Assembly (NCBI GenBank): GCA_003154195.1
Contig: PMCS01000031.1
Span: forward strand, 18,054-82,053
Length of the DNA: 64,000 nt
Direction of reading: 5' to 3'
Source of the DNA: Candidatus Omnitrophota bacterium
GTDB taxonomy: Bacteria > Omnitrophota > Gorgyraeia > Duberdicusellales > 4484-171
Shown here: in pieces, positions 26,568 to 36,600 of the stretch
Position numbering within the stretch: the first letter of the stretch is position 1
Layout: every line of letters begins with the position of its first letter
The notes under the pieces: model-generated
The model's database searches: none
Told to the model about the DNA's origin: nothing
What the model saw: only the letters and a program-made list of their open reading frames with translations
Position numbers and translations under genes: made by a program

Positions 26568-26729
26568 TCACTCGATGGCCTCGAACTGGCTCTTGTCTAC
26601 TCCGCAAACCGGGCACGTCCAGCTGTCGGGAATATTTTCAAAAGCTGTCCCGGGATTGATCCCCGAATCGGGGTCCCCCAACTGAGGATTGTAAATATAG
26701 GCGCAAACCGTACATTTGTATTTTTTCAT
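26568..26729 (-). CDS. Rubredoxin (54 aa)
   Basis: Manual translation: [53 protein letters not shown]. It has the CxxC...CPxCG spacing and aromatic residues of rubredoxin. It is below the ORF-track size cutoff. Confidence 0.85.
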   Translation of the reverse strand: MKKYKCTVCAYIYNPQLGDPDSGINPGTAFENIPDSWTCPVCGVDKSQFEAIE

Positions 26730-27032
26730 ACCATCACCAAAAGCAATAAGCGAAACGGATCAATCCGCTTCGCTTATTGCTTTTTAATATTCTTAATAAT
26801 GATATCAAGCTTGGCTAAAACAAGCACGGAAACAAACAAAAACCAGATAAAACTGATTACATTAATAAGGATTATCGCCGCTACCCAATTACCTTCCATA
26901 ATTTACCTCCTTTAATGAGCAGATGATTTATGAAATTTTACCAAATTTCATAAATCATAGGCCTTGATATCTAAAATGTCAAGGCCGCCTGCGAATTAAA
27001 CCCCGCCCTTTTGGCTAATCGGTGAAGCCTCA

Positions 27033-28574
27033 TTAAAACTTCACCTTCATCTCTACCGATAGCTTATCCTCAAGGGGGATCCCTACCGATTCGTTGAAAT
27101 AACGCTCCCCCCGCAGGCGTAAATTATTAAAAATCGACACTTCCCCGCCAATCGCCTGTTTTAGCGATGCGCCCCAAACCGGCGAAGAGGTAATCTTATA
27201 TGTGCCATACAATAAATTACCTATATTTTTTCCTAAAACCAGGGAAGGAAATTCTAAATTCCCCCGGTTAGACACATTGGGCTCAAAAAGCAATTCGTCG
27301 ATGCCGATAAATTTCGCCAGTTCCCCGCCGGCCTTGCCAAGAAAGATATTCCCCAGTAATGACCCGGCGATATCCGCGTCTTTAGAAAGCTCGCTTTTTT
27401 CATCAAGGCTTAAATCGTCTATTCTTTTGCCAAAAAGTAATAAAGCTTTTATTTCGCTTTCCGATAAATAAGGCACAGACGAAAGCTCCACCTTGCGACT
27501 GCTCACGCTGCCGATAATCTTAACATTTATATTATACCTTCCAACTTTTACCATGCCAGAAATATTTAGCAAAGGGTCATTAATGTTTTTTTCATCGAAA
27601 ACAATCCTTGATTCGTTCAGGCTGAACCGCCTGTCCCGATAAAGATAGTTGCCGCTTTTTATATCAAGGGCGCCGGTCAAATATGTTTTACGGCGACGTT
27701 CTTTTTTTAACCTTAAATCAGCGGCAAGCAATACGTCGGCATCCTTGTTGATTAACCTTACTTTTTTTGCTTTAATCGCCATGTTCACCGTCAAATTGCC
27801 GGCGCGGCTTAATCCCGAACCAATCACCGGCAAGCCCTGGAAAAAATCACAGGCAAACTCGCCATCATTGATCATAAGAGAACCGGTAAAAAAATCAGTA
27901 TCGCCCCGGTTGCGTAAGTTAAAAAGAAAATCTAAATCGGCCCGCGCCGAATCTTTATAAAACATTTTTACGTTACTTGATTCGAACTGCACGTTGAATG
28001 ATTTAAGCTTAAGCTCATCCAGGATAACATAACCTTTAAGTGTGCCCACCCCGGCCAGGGAAAAATATTTCTGGCCGGTAAGATTATTCCGGTCCGGCGA
28101 AAATCCGGGAAAGCCTCCCCATTGTTTCAACAACTGCTCGATGATGTTTAAGTTTAAAATTTTTTCATCGAGGTGAAAAATTATCAACCGGTCTTGTTGG
28201 AAAAATTTTATCGGCAGCCGTAACTTGCCGTAGATTATTTCCAACCCTTTTATTTCCCATTGGGGGCGGCGGGTTATTATATCCAACAAATTGTAGCGAA
28301 GCTTTATCAAATCAAGCCTTAATTGCAGCCCTTCCGGGAAGCCTTTTACATTCTCGATTCTTACATTCTCGAACTTAACCGACCAGAGAACGCTGCCCCG
28401 GATTTCTTCAAACGTTAATTTTGCGTTATATTTTGAAGCAAAATAACGTTGCAGCTTCGCGCTGATAAGCGGATATAAAAGCTTCTCCTTAATCGTGTCA
28501 TAAGCCTGTATACCCATCGCTAACAATACAACTATGGCAAAAAATATTTTTATCGTTTTTCCTGACTTATTCAT
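27033..28574 (-). CDS. AsmA/TamB-like envelope protein (513 aa)
   Basis: N-terminal anchor and a long beta-rich body. The family assignment is tentative. Confidence 0.35.
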   Translation of the reverse strand: MNKSGKTIKIFFAIVVLLAMGIQAYDTIKEKLLYPLISAKLQRYFASKYNAKLTFEEIRGSVLWSVKFENVRIENVKGFPEGLQLRLDLIKLRYNLLDIITRRPQWEIKGLEIIYGKLRLPIKFFQQDRLIIFHLDEKILNLNIIEQLLKQWGGFPGFSPDRNNLTGQKYFSLAGVGTLKGYVILDELKLKSFNVQFESSNVKMFYKDSARADLDFLFNLRNRGDTDFFTGSLMINDGEFACDFFQGLPVIGSGLSRAGNLTVNMAIKAKKVRLINKDADVLLAADLRLKKERRRKTYLTGALDIKSGNYLYRDRRFSLNESRIVFDEKNINDPLLNISGMVKVGRYNINVKIIGSVSSRKVELSSVPYLSESEIKALLLFGKRIDDLSLDEKSELSKDADIAGSLLGNIFLGKAGGELAKFIGIDELLFEPNVSNRGNLEFPSLVLGKNIGNLLYGTYKITSSPVWGASLKQAIGGEVSIFNNLRLRGERYFNESVGIPLEDKLSVEMKVKF

Positions 28575-29230
28575 CGTGGATTAAATAGCCTCTGGAACTT
28601 TCTTATTTCGCCGGCTGCGTCACGGCTGCCCACTACCGCCGATATCGCGCATAAACTGTCAGCTCCGGCGGCAATAACTTCACGGGCATTATCCCGATTG
28701 ATGCCGCCGACAGCAACGATAGGAATCGCAACGATATTTTTTATTTTCCGGATAAGTCCTGCCCCGCAAGGCGTTCCGGCATCTTTCTTCGTACCGGTAG
28801 AAAATATCGGAGAAACTCCCAGGTAATCCGCGCCGATTTTTTGGGCTGATCTTGCCTCTTCGATACTATGCACGGTCAACCCGATGATTTTATCCTTGCC
28901 CAGGATTCTTCTTGCCTCTCGATAAAACAAATCATCCCGGCCCAAATGAACGCCGTCGGCGCCCACTGCCAAAGCGATATCCACCCGGTCATTTACCAAG
29001 AACAACGCTTTCCGGCAAAGCTTATGCAAGGCACGCGCTTCTTCATATAACTGTTTAGTCGTGCCGGATTTATTACGGTATTGGACAACCGAAACGCCGG
29101 CACCAAGCGCGCTTTTTACATCGCTGATATTGCCGCGGCGGCTTAAGCCGGAATCGGTTATAAAATAATACCCTTTAACCGCAAAAATGCGCTTCGCGTA
29201 TTTTTTCGTTCGCAAGACTAAATTGGTCAT
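28571..29230 (-). CDS. thiE: Thiamine-phosphate synthase
   Basis: YFITDSG..., VQYRNKS..., GADGVHLG and a C-terminal GGI...AGADS, which are ThiE motifs. It overlaps the upstream gene by 4 nt. Confidence 0.85.
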   Translation of the reverse strand: MTNLVLRTKKYAKRIFAVKGYYFITDSGLSRRGNISDVKSALGAGVSVVQYRNKSGTTKQLYEEARALHKLCRKALFLVNDRVDIALAVGADGVHLGRDDLFYREARRILGKDKIIGLTVHSIEEARSAQKIGADYLGVSPIFSTGTKKDAGTPCGAGLIRKIKNIVAIPIVAVGGINRDNAREVIAAGADSLCAISAVVGSRDAAGEIRKFQRLFNPR

Positions 29231-29421
29231 AAAATTTTTTCGTTTTCCTTACGAGCTTTGCGGGATAATTCGACTATTCCCTCCGGGGATAGTTCAACTA
29301 CATCCCGCCGAATACGGCGGGATAAGTTTCACTACCGCCTCACCCTTCACCCTTCGGGCTTGTAATAAAACTAAGTCTTGCCGTACCCGGCAAGCCAAGT
29401 TTTATTATCGGTGAAGCCTCA

Positions 29422-30219
29422 TTAATTATTTTCAATCGTCACTTTCTGCATCTTTACAATCGTCTTTTCGTCCAGAGAAAAAGCATAATCGAAGAGCTTT
29501 TCCTTAAATGTCCCGGGGCCGGATGAATTCTTTTCGGCTAACTGCGCGGCGATCTCATAACAACACAACCCGTTGGCCGCGGCCTGCGCCCAATCGGCAT
29601 TGACCGCGGCAAACGTCCCGATAACGGAAGCGGCCATACATCCCGTGCCGACAACGTGCGCCATCAAAGAGCAACCGTTATTTACCAGATAAGTACTTCC
29701 CTGGCCGCTGGCGATATCGTTTTTTCCGGTGACCACTACTACACAATCCCTTTCTTTAGACAACCTCGCGGCAATCTTTATCAAATCGCATCCGACTTCT
29801 CCGGCGTCAACGCCTTTAGTGCGCACCGCCTCGCCGGCGATCCGGGCGACTTCCGTGGCATTGCCTTTAATAATATCTATCCTGGCGCTGCTGAAAAGCT
29901 CTAAACATTTATCGTCCCGGAATTCTGTCGCGCCGGTGCCGCAGACATCAAGAACAACCGGAATATTTTTGATGTTAGCGGCGCGGGCCGCGATTTTCAT
30001 CGCTTCGATAAAATCAGAAGTCAGAGTACCGATATTGAGCACTAACGCCGAAGCTAAACCAGCCATATCCGCGGCTTCTTCCGGGGCGTGCGCCATTACC
30101 GGAGAAGCGCCAAAAACCTTAACAATGTTGGCGCAATCGTAAATCGTCACCCAATTGGTCAGATGATGGATTAACGGTTTTTCTTCCCGCACTTTTTTAA
30201 GATTTTCGTAAATGGTCAT
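29422..30219 (-). CDS. thiM: Hydroxyethylthiazole kinase
   Basis: PLIHHLTNWVTIYDCANIVKVFGASPVMAH and GTGC near the C-terminus. It sits next to thiE. Confidence 0.85.
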   Translation of the reverse strand: MTIYENLKKVREEKPLIHHLTNWVTIYDCANIVKVFGASPVMAHAPEEAADMAGLASALVLNIGTLTSDFIEAMKIAARAANIKNIPVVLDVCGTGATEFRDDKCLELFSSARIDIIKGNATEVARIAGEAVRTKGVDAGEVGCDLIKIAARLSKERDCVVVVTGKNDIASGQGSTYLVNNGCSLMAHVVGTGCMAASVIGTFAAVNADWAQAAANGLCCYEIAAQLAEKNSSGPGTFKEKLFDYAFSLDEKTIVKMQKVTIENN

Positions 30220-30239
30220 AAATTCTCCCTTATAGAACC

Positions 30240-30425
30240 AAAAGATTTACCACAAAGACACTAAAATTATAAATACCAACTGTATTTTAAATCACTCATT
30301 GGCCATTTGGCATTTTAAATTTTTAAAAAATGATAAATGTAAAATGCTCAATGGTAATTTTAAAATACACTTACTGGTCTTTCTTTGTGCCCTTTATGCC
30401 TTGGTGGTAAGTTTTTAGGTTTTTA
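30240..30425. mobile_element. MITE-like element family B (TIR TTACCACCAAGACAC)
   Basis: Left TTACCACAAAGACAC, right GCCTTGGTGGTAAGTTTTTAGG; an AT-rich ~150-bp interior; non-coding. Confidence 0.55.
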
Positions 30426-30433
30426 TTTATAAT

Positions 30434-32245
30434 TTAGAAATTATAGGCAACGCTTAATTTATACCACCTTCCCGCGGCGTCGATATCCTGGATTTCCTGA
30501 TATTTTTTATTAAAAATATTCGTCCCTTCTATCGCCAAAGTAAACTGTTTCATCTCCCGCGTCAGTTTTAAATCAAAAGTTTCGTAACTACTCCGTCCGG
30601 CGGGCTTGGAAAAATTACTTATAAAATTTAAATTGAACAATTTTAAATCAAAATCCAGCGCGCCGACAAACTTATGGCGTAAATAATCAAAAACATACTT
30701 AGAAAAGTTATACGGACTTTCTTTGCTTAAATCCTGATAAGTATAACCGAAAGATATTTTATTTAAAATTTTACCAATTGCGGCGTCAATGCTCACGTCA
30801 AAACCGCTAACCGAAACATCCCCCACATTGGCCGCCTGCCAGACTGCGGTGAGGGAATCTTTTCCCCAATCGACCGTATTAAATTGTTTACGTAAAAAAG
30901 TATCGGCGGAAATATTGGCGTTCTTAGTGAAAGCGTAAGCAAAACCCCATTGAAAATTATTAGACTTTTGAATCTTCAAATCATCCCTTCCCCGGTTGGA
31001 TGGATCGCTGTAGTAGAGTTCAGTGAAGGAAGGCGGACGCCAAATTCGGTCAAAATTAAACGCGAGTTTTAGATTTTGCGCCGCGTCATAATTTAAAGCG
31101 AAATGGCCGTTTTCCAAAAAATGCCTTTTTTGAAAATAATCCAGGCCGCCGAAAACGCTCAAGCCAATTTGTCCGAACTTTTTATCGCGTAAGCCGAATT
31201 GCCCGCCGTACTTTTCCCGGCTGTGTTTTTTCAGGTTAGTGCTGTTAATCCGTTCCTGCTCGATAGCGGAACCGGCGAATAAACCATTCTCCGACTTAAG
31301 CTCGAGGTTATCGCCATAAACATAAGTCGTATGGTAATTAGTGGGGGAGAAAGGATCATGACGGTCTAAAATAAATTTGTCCTTGTGGTGGCGCAAATAC
31401 AAATTATTATTTATTTCAAAATCATTGAATTTTTTTAACCCCCGGAGCAGGAAAAACTTTTGCCGGGTATGTTCTTCCTCCTGGCGGTAACGGGAAAGCG
31501 ACGAATAAAAACTGTCCGCGCCGAAATCGCGCACACTGGAACCGAACAAAAATTCAACCTCTTTATCGTTATCGCTGCCGCGCCAAAAATCATGGCAGGA
31601 AAAATTATAGGTCTCGAAATCAGTATCCGGCCTTGCCCCGCTCGATATTTTATGCTCAATCGATAACCGGTTTTTAATATTTTTAAAGACGAAATTAGTG
31701 GAAAACAGCTTTTCCCACAGCGCGTGCTCACCAAAACCTACTTTTAAAAGCGAACCACGGTCTCGCGGCGCCTTAGGAATAAAATTTATACTCTGGGAAT
31801 TTTTAAAGATCTGCGCCCGGTCGATATCGGCTTCGGTAAAAGGGATCTCTAAACTGAAATGGCCGGTTTGCGGGTCGTTGATCTTAACTCCGGCTAATTG
31901 GACATCGGCGTCTTCGAAGGTTGCCCCGCGCAACGACACATCCTGCTGAATCCCGAAACCGGAGCGCCGGCGCAATTCCACGCCCGAAGAATACCCGATG
32001 GTTTCCTCAATCGAACCGTAAGGTTTATCCTGCGACGATATATTTTCTTTCGCGTCAACGAGGCGGCCGGAATATTCTTTTTCGATTGTAATCGGCTCAA
32101 GGTCGACGCTTTTGGCGAGAGCCCTGAACGGTAGAAGCAATATCGCCGCTAAAAACGAAATCGCCGGAATCAGCGAAAAAATCCGGTAAATATTTTTTTT
32201 AATAGTTAACATCGTAAAAACAAAATTCTCGTCCACAGATTTCAC
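30434..32245 (-). CDS. TonB-dependent outer-membrane receptor-like protein
   Basis: Signal peptide, a plug-like motif (DVSLRGATFEDADVQLAGVKINDP) and a C-terminal ...KLSVAYNF (terminal aromatic). It is upstream of thiM/thiE, so it may import thiamine or a precursor (inference). Confidence 0.6.
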   Translation of the reverse strand: MKSVDENFVFTMLTIKKNIYRIFSLIPAISFLAAILLLPFRALAKSVDLEPITIEKEYSGRLVDAKENISSQDKPYGSIEETIGYSSGVELRRRSGFGIQQDVSLRGATFEDADVQLAGVKINDPQTGHFSLEIPFTEADIDRAQIFKNSQSINFIPKAPRDRGSLLKVGFGEHALWEKLFSTNFVFKNIKNRLSIEHKISSGARPDTDFETYNFSCHDFWRGSDNDKEVEFLFGSSVRDFGADSFYSSLSRYRQEEEHTRQKFFLLRGLKKFNDFEINNNLYLRHHKDKFILDRHDPFSPTNYHTTYVYGDNLELKSENGLFAGSAIEQERINSTNLKKHSREKYGGQFGLRDKKFGQIGLSVFGGLDYFQKRHFLENGHFALNYDAAQNLKLAFNFDRIWRPPSFTELYYSDPSNRGRDDLKIQKSNNFQWGFAYAFTKNANISADTFLRKQFNTVDWGKDSLTAVWQAANVGDVSVSGFDVSIDAAIGKILNKISFGYTYQDLSKESPYNFSKYVFDYLRHKFVGALDFDLKLFNLNFISNFSKPAGRSSYETFDLKLTREMKQFTLAIEGTNIFNKKYQEIQDIDAAGRWYKLSVAYNF

Positions 32246-32335
32246 AGATTTTCACAGAAAAATATTTAATACCAAACCTTTTATTTGTTTCATCCTTTAA
32301 TCCTTTGTAATCTGAGCAATCTGCGGACAATATTC
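32231..32335. promoter_or_regulatory. Motif family C: triple direct CACAGAT repeat plus inverted partner, upstream of TonB-dependent receptor gene
   Basis: GTCCACAGATTTCACAGATTTTCACAGAAA ... AATCTGAGCAATCTGCGGACAATATTC. Confidence 0.45.
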
Positions 32336-32391
32336 TTTTCTTTTGTGTTTTTTTGTTTATCCTTTTTGATTTACTACAATTTATTTTTTTA

Positions 32392-33432
32392 TTATACCAT
32401 TAATTCTCTAACTATTTTATCATCTAATCTTTTTACCGACATGACTGATTCCCGGCCTTTTTCCTTAATGATCACCTCTACGCTATCGTCATCGCTGTCG
32501 GTATAACGCGCGACGATTTGCGCCGCCTTTATTTTTTCGTCTTCGGTATAATTACCGATGCCGACGGCCGACGGCCCGGGTAAACCTTTCGGCTCAAAAT
32601 AAACCCCGTTAGAGGTAGAAAACACTTGCGTTTCCGTCTTATCTCTAACGGGGTAAATATCCGCTTCCGCCGCGAATTTTTTTATTTTCTCATTTCCCTC
32701 TTCGTTTTTACCGACCACCAGCTTAAAAGAAGGCGATAAACGGAAATATCTTCCTGACCGGGCCAGCTTAATGTTAAAAAGGTTAAGATCGCCGTGCTTT
32801 AACAAATCGTCGATGCGGGTGCAGAACGATTCATTGGTCAATAAACACCCGCCGCCGGGCCAGGAATAATCGGTTATGCCTAAACGCTGCGCCAATTCCA
32901 TCTGCGGCTTCCGGCCTCTCCCGCTGAAACCATATAGTTTATCCCGCTCAATCCATTTCTTTTCTTCCGGAATAGTAAGCCGCAACAATTTTGCCGAAAG
33001 CGGACGCAAGAGATACCCCTTCAGGCCGCTTTCTTTTTCAATCAAATTCAACGTATCTTTATGTTGAGATTTAGGCCGCTGACCGGCCACTTCGCCGGTC
33101 GCCACAAACGAAGCACCGGCTTCTTCCATAAATTCTCCGGCTTTGCGCAGCATCAAAATCTTACAATCGATACAGGGATTGAAATTTTTACCGTAGCCAA
33201 ACCGGGGGTGCTCGACAATCTTTAGAAACTCTTCGGATATATCGCGCAGGGTAATCGGCGCGCCAAGCGTTTGGGAATGTTTATCCCGCCAAGGGGTGAT
33301 CTCCGATACTTCGCCGCATTGCAAAAACGGCATCAGGAAATGTACCGGTATCGCCTCGATACCCTGGGCCTGAATGACTTTTACCGCCAAGGTACTGTCT
33401 AATCCTCCGGAAAACAGAACGATTGCCTTCAT
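32392..33432 (-). CDS. PP-loop ATP pyrophosphatase superfamily protein (putative tRNA thiolation/sulfur transfer)
   Basis: MKAIVLFSGGLDSTLAV has the SGGxDS PP-loop, plus a CIDCK Cys motif. The subfamily is not resolvable from sequence alone. Confidence 0.5.
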   Translation of the reverse strand: MKAIVLFSGGLDSTLAVKVIQAQGIEAIPVHFLMPFLQCGEVSEITPWRDKHSQTLGAPITLRDISEEFLKIVEHPRFGYGKNFNPCIDCKILMLRKAGEFMEEAGASFVATGEVAGQRPKSQHKDTLNLIEKESGLKGYLLRPLSAKLLRLTIPEEKKWIERDKLYGFSGRGRKPQMELAQRLGITDYSWPGGGCLLTNESFCTRIDDLLKHGDLNLFNIKLARSGRYFRLSPSFKLVVGKNEEGNEKIKKFAAEADIYPVRDKTETQVFSTSNGVYFEPKGLPGPSAVGIGNYTEDEKIKAAQIVARYTDSDDDSVEVIIKEKGRESVMSVKRLDDKIVRELMV

Positions 33433-33606
33433 GGATTTTTATCAGGTTGAAGCTTCACCGGCTCGCACCGTTGGAATATTACTGTTCACTTTGTCGAAGC
33501 GAAAATCTCGCCGAAGCAAAAAATGTTTTCCGCTCTGCACCCCACGCTCACAGATGGGGATTTCCCCGCTTTGCCGATGCTTCAGCGAGGCGAGCGCGAA
33601 GGCGGA
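33433..33606. repeat. Structured intergenic element family H (5' of PP-loop ATPase gene)
   Basis: Its ends ggttgaagcttcaccggctcgcaccgttggaat ... gcgaaggcggattaaaaaaac are shared with 38088-38319. Confidence 0.35.
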
Positions 33607-34308
33607 TTAAAAAAACATGTTGCTCTTGAAAGGAGTTATTTTTTTACCGCGGCGGCACAAGGAAAAAATTAGCAGAAATAAGACAACAACCAGCGATAAT
33701 TTCAGTGGTTCTTCTAAAATTTCTCGATAACCGGAGGTTTTTACTTCCTGAAATATCTTTATCCCCATTGCTATAGCCGCTACCGCGATTAAGGAAGGTA
33801 ATTCTTTTTTGAGCCAAAAAAATTTTATCTGCGCCGGGTTAAAAATTACCGGTAAGTTATAAAGGCGGGGAAAATACTTCGGCGTTGCCCGGCAATAATC
33901 CCGGTAATCTCCGCCGAACATCTCCGATAATACCACCTCTTCCTTCCTGGTTTGCGGGATATAAATCATCAAATAAACGACGGAAAAAAGAAGCAGTACC
34001 CATAACCGGAAAATAAGCAGGATAATTCCCGCGCCGATGAGAAAGGTCCCGAAATACATCGGGTTTCTGATTACCGCGTAAGGGCCGTCTTTTACCAGGG
34101 CGTTACCGTTAGAAGAATGTTCTTCTTTATACCCCCGCGCGGCGATGCGGAATAAAAACCCGGACAGAATAAGCAGGACCGCGAAAGCGTCGAGTAACTC
34201 GAAAATTAGCCCGGGTTTCCGGGAAGGAAATAAAAATTTGGACAAAAGGATAGCTGCGGCCACGCCGACAAACATCAGTACCCCTTGAATCCGTATGCGT
34301 TTTTTCAT
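33607..34308 (-). CDS. Isoprenylcysteine carboxyl methyltransferase-family membrane protein
   Basis: Polytopic membrane protein with the YAVIRNPMYFGTFLIGAG motif of ICMT/PEMT-like methyltransferases. Confidence 0.5.
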   Translation of the reverse strand: MKKRIRIQGVLMFVGVAAAILLSKFLFPSRKPGLIFELLDAFAVLLILSGFLFRIAARGYKEEHSSNGNALVKDGPYAVIRNPMYFGTFLIGAGIILLIFRLWVLLLFSVVYLMIYIPQTRKEEVVLSEMFGGDYRDYCRATPKYFPRLYNLPVIFNPAQIKFFWLKKELPSLIAVAAIAMGIKIFQEVKTSGYREILEEPLKLSLVVVLFLLIFSLCRRGKKITPFKSNMFF

Positions 34309-34457
34309 AATCGATAATTTATTTTATCCTGTAGGGGCGAGGCATGCCTCGCCCTCTAACTTATGCTGGTTACGACATTTATCTTTTATTTTAGAGGGCC
34401 GGACATGCCCGGCACCTACAAGGTTATAGAAATTATTATTCCATATATGGATAAATA

Positions 34458-35066
34458 TTATTTCCTATCGCCGAAGTGCCTACCTATATACACATCCATC
34501 AGCCGGAGCGTCTCTTCCTTGCACTGCCCGCAAACCGTGCCGATTTTGGTTTTTTCCTGCAGGCTTAGATAAGAGCGCGCGCCTTCCAGCACCGCCTCTT
34601 CGATTTCATGGTCAGTAACGTTCATGCACTGGCAAACGATGCGCGCTTCTTCTTTGGTAATCTTATCTTCCATCCCGTTTTTGCGGTAATAATCGTTGAT
34701 TGCGGCGCGCAAGGCTTTATCGCCCAGAACCGAGCAATGAATCTTATGCTCCGGCAAACCGCCTAATTCCTTAGCCACGTCTTTAGGCGTCAGATGATAA
34801 GCCTGCTCGATCGACATCCCCTTGACCATCTCCGACATCACCGATGTGCTGGCAATCGCCGAAGCGCAGCCATAAGTCTTCCATTTACAATCGGTAAGGA
34901 TTTGCTTTTCTTTATCTACCTTGATTACCACCATCATCTGGTCCCCGCACTTGATATTGCCCACAATCCCCTTGCCGTCGGCGGGATAACTTTTTTCATC
35001 GGTCAGCACATTGCGCGGGTTCATAAAATGGTCTTTTACTTTGTCGGTATATAACCAATCGCTCAT
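34458..35066 (-). CDS. nifU: NifU-like Fe-S cluster scaffold (IscU-type N-domain + BFD-like 2Fe-2S domain)
   Basis: YTDKVKDHFMNPRNV...GNIKCGDQM...CKWKTYGCASAIASTS...HCSVLGDKAL, then CQCMNVTDHEIE...GTVCGQCK. Confidence 0.8.
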   Translation of the reverse strand: MSDWLYTDKVKDHFMNPRNVLTDEKSYPADGKGIVGNIKCGDQMMVVIKVDKEKQILTDCKWKTYGCASAIASTSVMSEMVKGMSIEQAYHLTPKDVAKELGGLPEHKIHCSVLGDKALRAAINDYYRKNGMEDKITKEEARIVCQCMNVTDHEIEEAVLEGARSYLSLQEKTKIGTVCGQCKEETLRLMDVYIGRHFGDRK

Positions 35067-35124
35067 AGTATCTCCAAGAAAAAGTAGAGAGTAGAGAGGG
35101 CAGAGTAGAGAGATACTTTAAAAT

Positions 35125-35241
35125 GGTTAGGGTAAGGGTAAGGATGCCAGTATAGGTTAGGGTTAAGGTACGGGCTAAAAATTGGTTTGAACCCTAACCA
35201 TTACCATAACCCAAACCGGCTTCCTAACCCTAGCCTTAGCC
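35125..35241. repeat. Repeat family A, copy 8
   Basis: GGTTAGGGTAAGGGTAAGG...GGTTAGGGTTAAGG...CCCTAACCATTACCATAACCCAAACCGGCTTCCTAACCCTAGCCTTAGCC. Confidence 0.65.
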
Positions 35242-35272
35242 GATTAAAACATTTATCTCTACTTTCTACTCG

Positions 35273-36457
35273 CTACTTCTTACTATACGCCGTCGAAATA
35301 CTCCTCACTCTTTTCACCACCTGCGCCATCTTGGCTACCGTATAATCGACATCCTTTTCAGTATTATCCCGGCCCAAGCTCATCCGTATCGAGCTATGGG
35401 CGAATTCCGCGGCTAAACCGATCGCCAGAAGCACATGCGAAGGGTCAAGCGAGCCCGACGCGCAGGCCGAGCCGGTGGAAACAGCAATCCCTTCCATATC
35501 AAGATATAGAAGAATCGCCTCGCCTTCCGTACCCTCAAATGAAACATTCAAAGTTCCGGGCAAACAATCGGTGGGATGGCCGTTGAACTTAATATCGGGG
35601 ATATTTTTTTCGATGCCGGCTTTAAGCCGCGCTTTTAATTGTAAAAGTTTCTTTGTCTCGGTAAGCATTTCGGACTTGCGCATTTCCACCGCTTTGGCGA
35701 AGCCGATGATACCCAGCGTGTTTTCCGTGCCGGCGCGCCGGCCCCTTTCCTGATGGCCGCCGTGGATATAAGGACAGAAGGGAACGCCTTTTTTAACATA
35801 GATCGCGCCGACACCTTTGGGCCCATAAATCTTATGGCCGGAAAAGGTCAAAAAATCAACATCTAATTCACGCACATCAATAGGGATTTTCCCTACCGCC
35901 TGCACCGCATCGGTATGAAACAAAGCATCCTTAGCATGAACCATTTTCGCGATAGTTTTAATGTCCTGAATCGTGCCGATCTCGTTATTGGCGGTCATCA
36001 CCGAAACCAGGCCGGTTTTATCGCTAATGACATGCCCTAAATTATCCAAGTCAAGTTTACCGTCTTTATCCACTCTTAAAGTGGAAACACAAGTTCCCTT
36101 ATCCCGCAAACACTTCGATGATTCTAAAACGCAAGGGTGCTCGATAGTCGTCGTCATCACATCTTTACGGCTGAAACAGGAACATTCGTGGCTTTTTGAA
36201 CTGCAGGAAAAAATCGAAAGGACAGTGTTGTTGGCTTCCGAGCCGGAACCGGTAAAAATAATCTCTTCCGGCTTAGCGTTGATGAACGCGGCAATATCCT
36301 GGCGCGCCACTTCGATTTTGGCGCGCGCTTCCCGGCCCAGCCGGTGCAAACTCGAAGGGTTGCCGTACATCTCAAAAGCCTCGCTAAGCGCTTTTTTAAC
36401 TTCGGGATGAAGCGGCGTCGTGGCGTTATGGTCTAAGTAAACTGTTCTATCGGACAT
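35273..36457 (-). CDS. nifS: Cysteine desulfurase NifS/IscS family
   Basis: VYLDHNATTP, SGGSEANN-like (TGSGSEANN) and the SGHK PLP-lysine motif, with Cys in the C-terminal loop (SACASGS). It contains a short Cys/Ser-rich insertion (SIFSCSSKSHECSCFS). Confidence 0.85.
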   Translation of the reverse strand: MSDRTVYLDHNATTPLHPEVKKALSEAFEMYGNPSSLHRLGREARAKIEVARQDIAAFINAKPEEIIFTGSGSEANNTVLSIFSCSSKSHECSCFSRKDVMTTTIEHPCVLESSKCLRDKGTCVSTLRVDKDGKLDLDNLGHVISDKTGLVSVMTANNEIGTIQDIKTIAKMVHAKDALFHTDAVQAVGKIPIDVRELDVDFLTFSGHKIYGPKGVGAIYVKKGVPFCPYIHGGHQERGRRAGTENTLGIIGFAKAVEMRKSEMLTETKKLLQLKARLKAGIEKNIPDIKFNGHPTDCLPGTLNVSFEGTEGEAILLYLDMEGIAVSTGSACASGSLDPSHVLLAIGLAAEFAHSSIRMSLGRDNTEKDVDYTVAKMAQVVKRVRSISTAYSKK

Positions 36458-36473
36458 ATTTCCTCCATCAATA

Positions 36474-36600
36474 CAGTGCCTCTTGATAAGTGCCTAAAGT
36501 TAAAAACAAAAAAATAATTATTAGTATTTAACTTCAGGCACTTCGCACTTTAGCGCAATTTAGGCACTACCTTTATCAACTTTAGGGCACTTTAGGCACT
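36474..36600. promoter_or_regulatory. Cluster of TTTAGGCACT-type direct repeats upstream of nifS
   Basis: agtgcctaaag, ...aggcacttcgcactttagcgcaatttaggcactacc...tttagggcactttaggcact: at least 5 copies of GTGCC(T)/AGGCAC-TTTA units in 125 nt. Confidence 0.4.

Noticed and set aside
29231-29421. Possible TPP riboswitch between thiM and thiE or upstream of the TonB-dependent receptor
   Set aside because: No CTGAGA/ACCTGATCTGGATAATGCCAGCG-type TPP consensus could be found on the minus strand in either 29231-29421 or 32246-32390. The structured sequence there instead matches the dispersed GC-hairpin repeat family.
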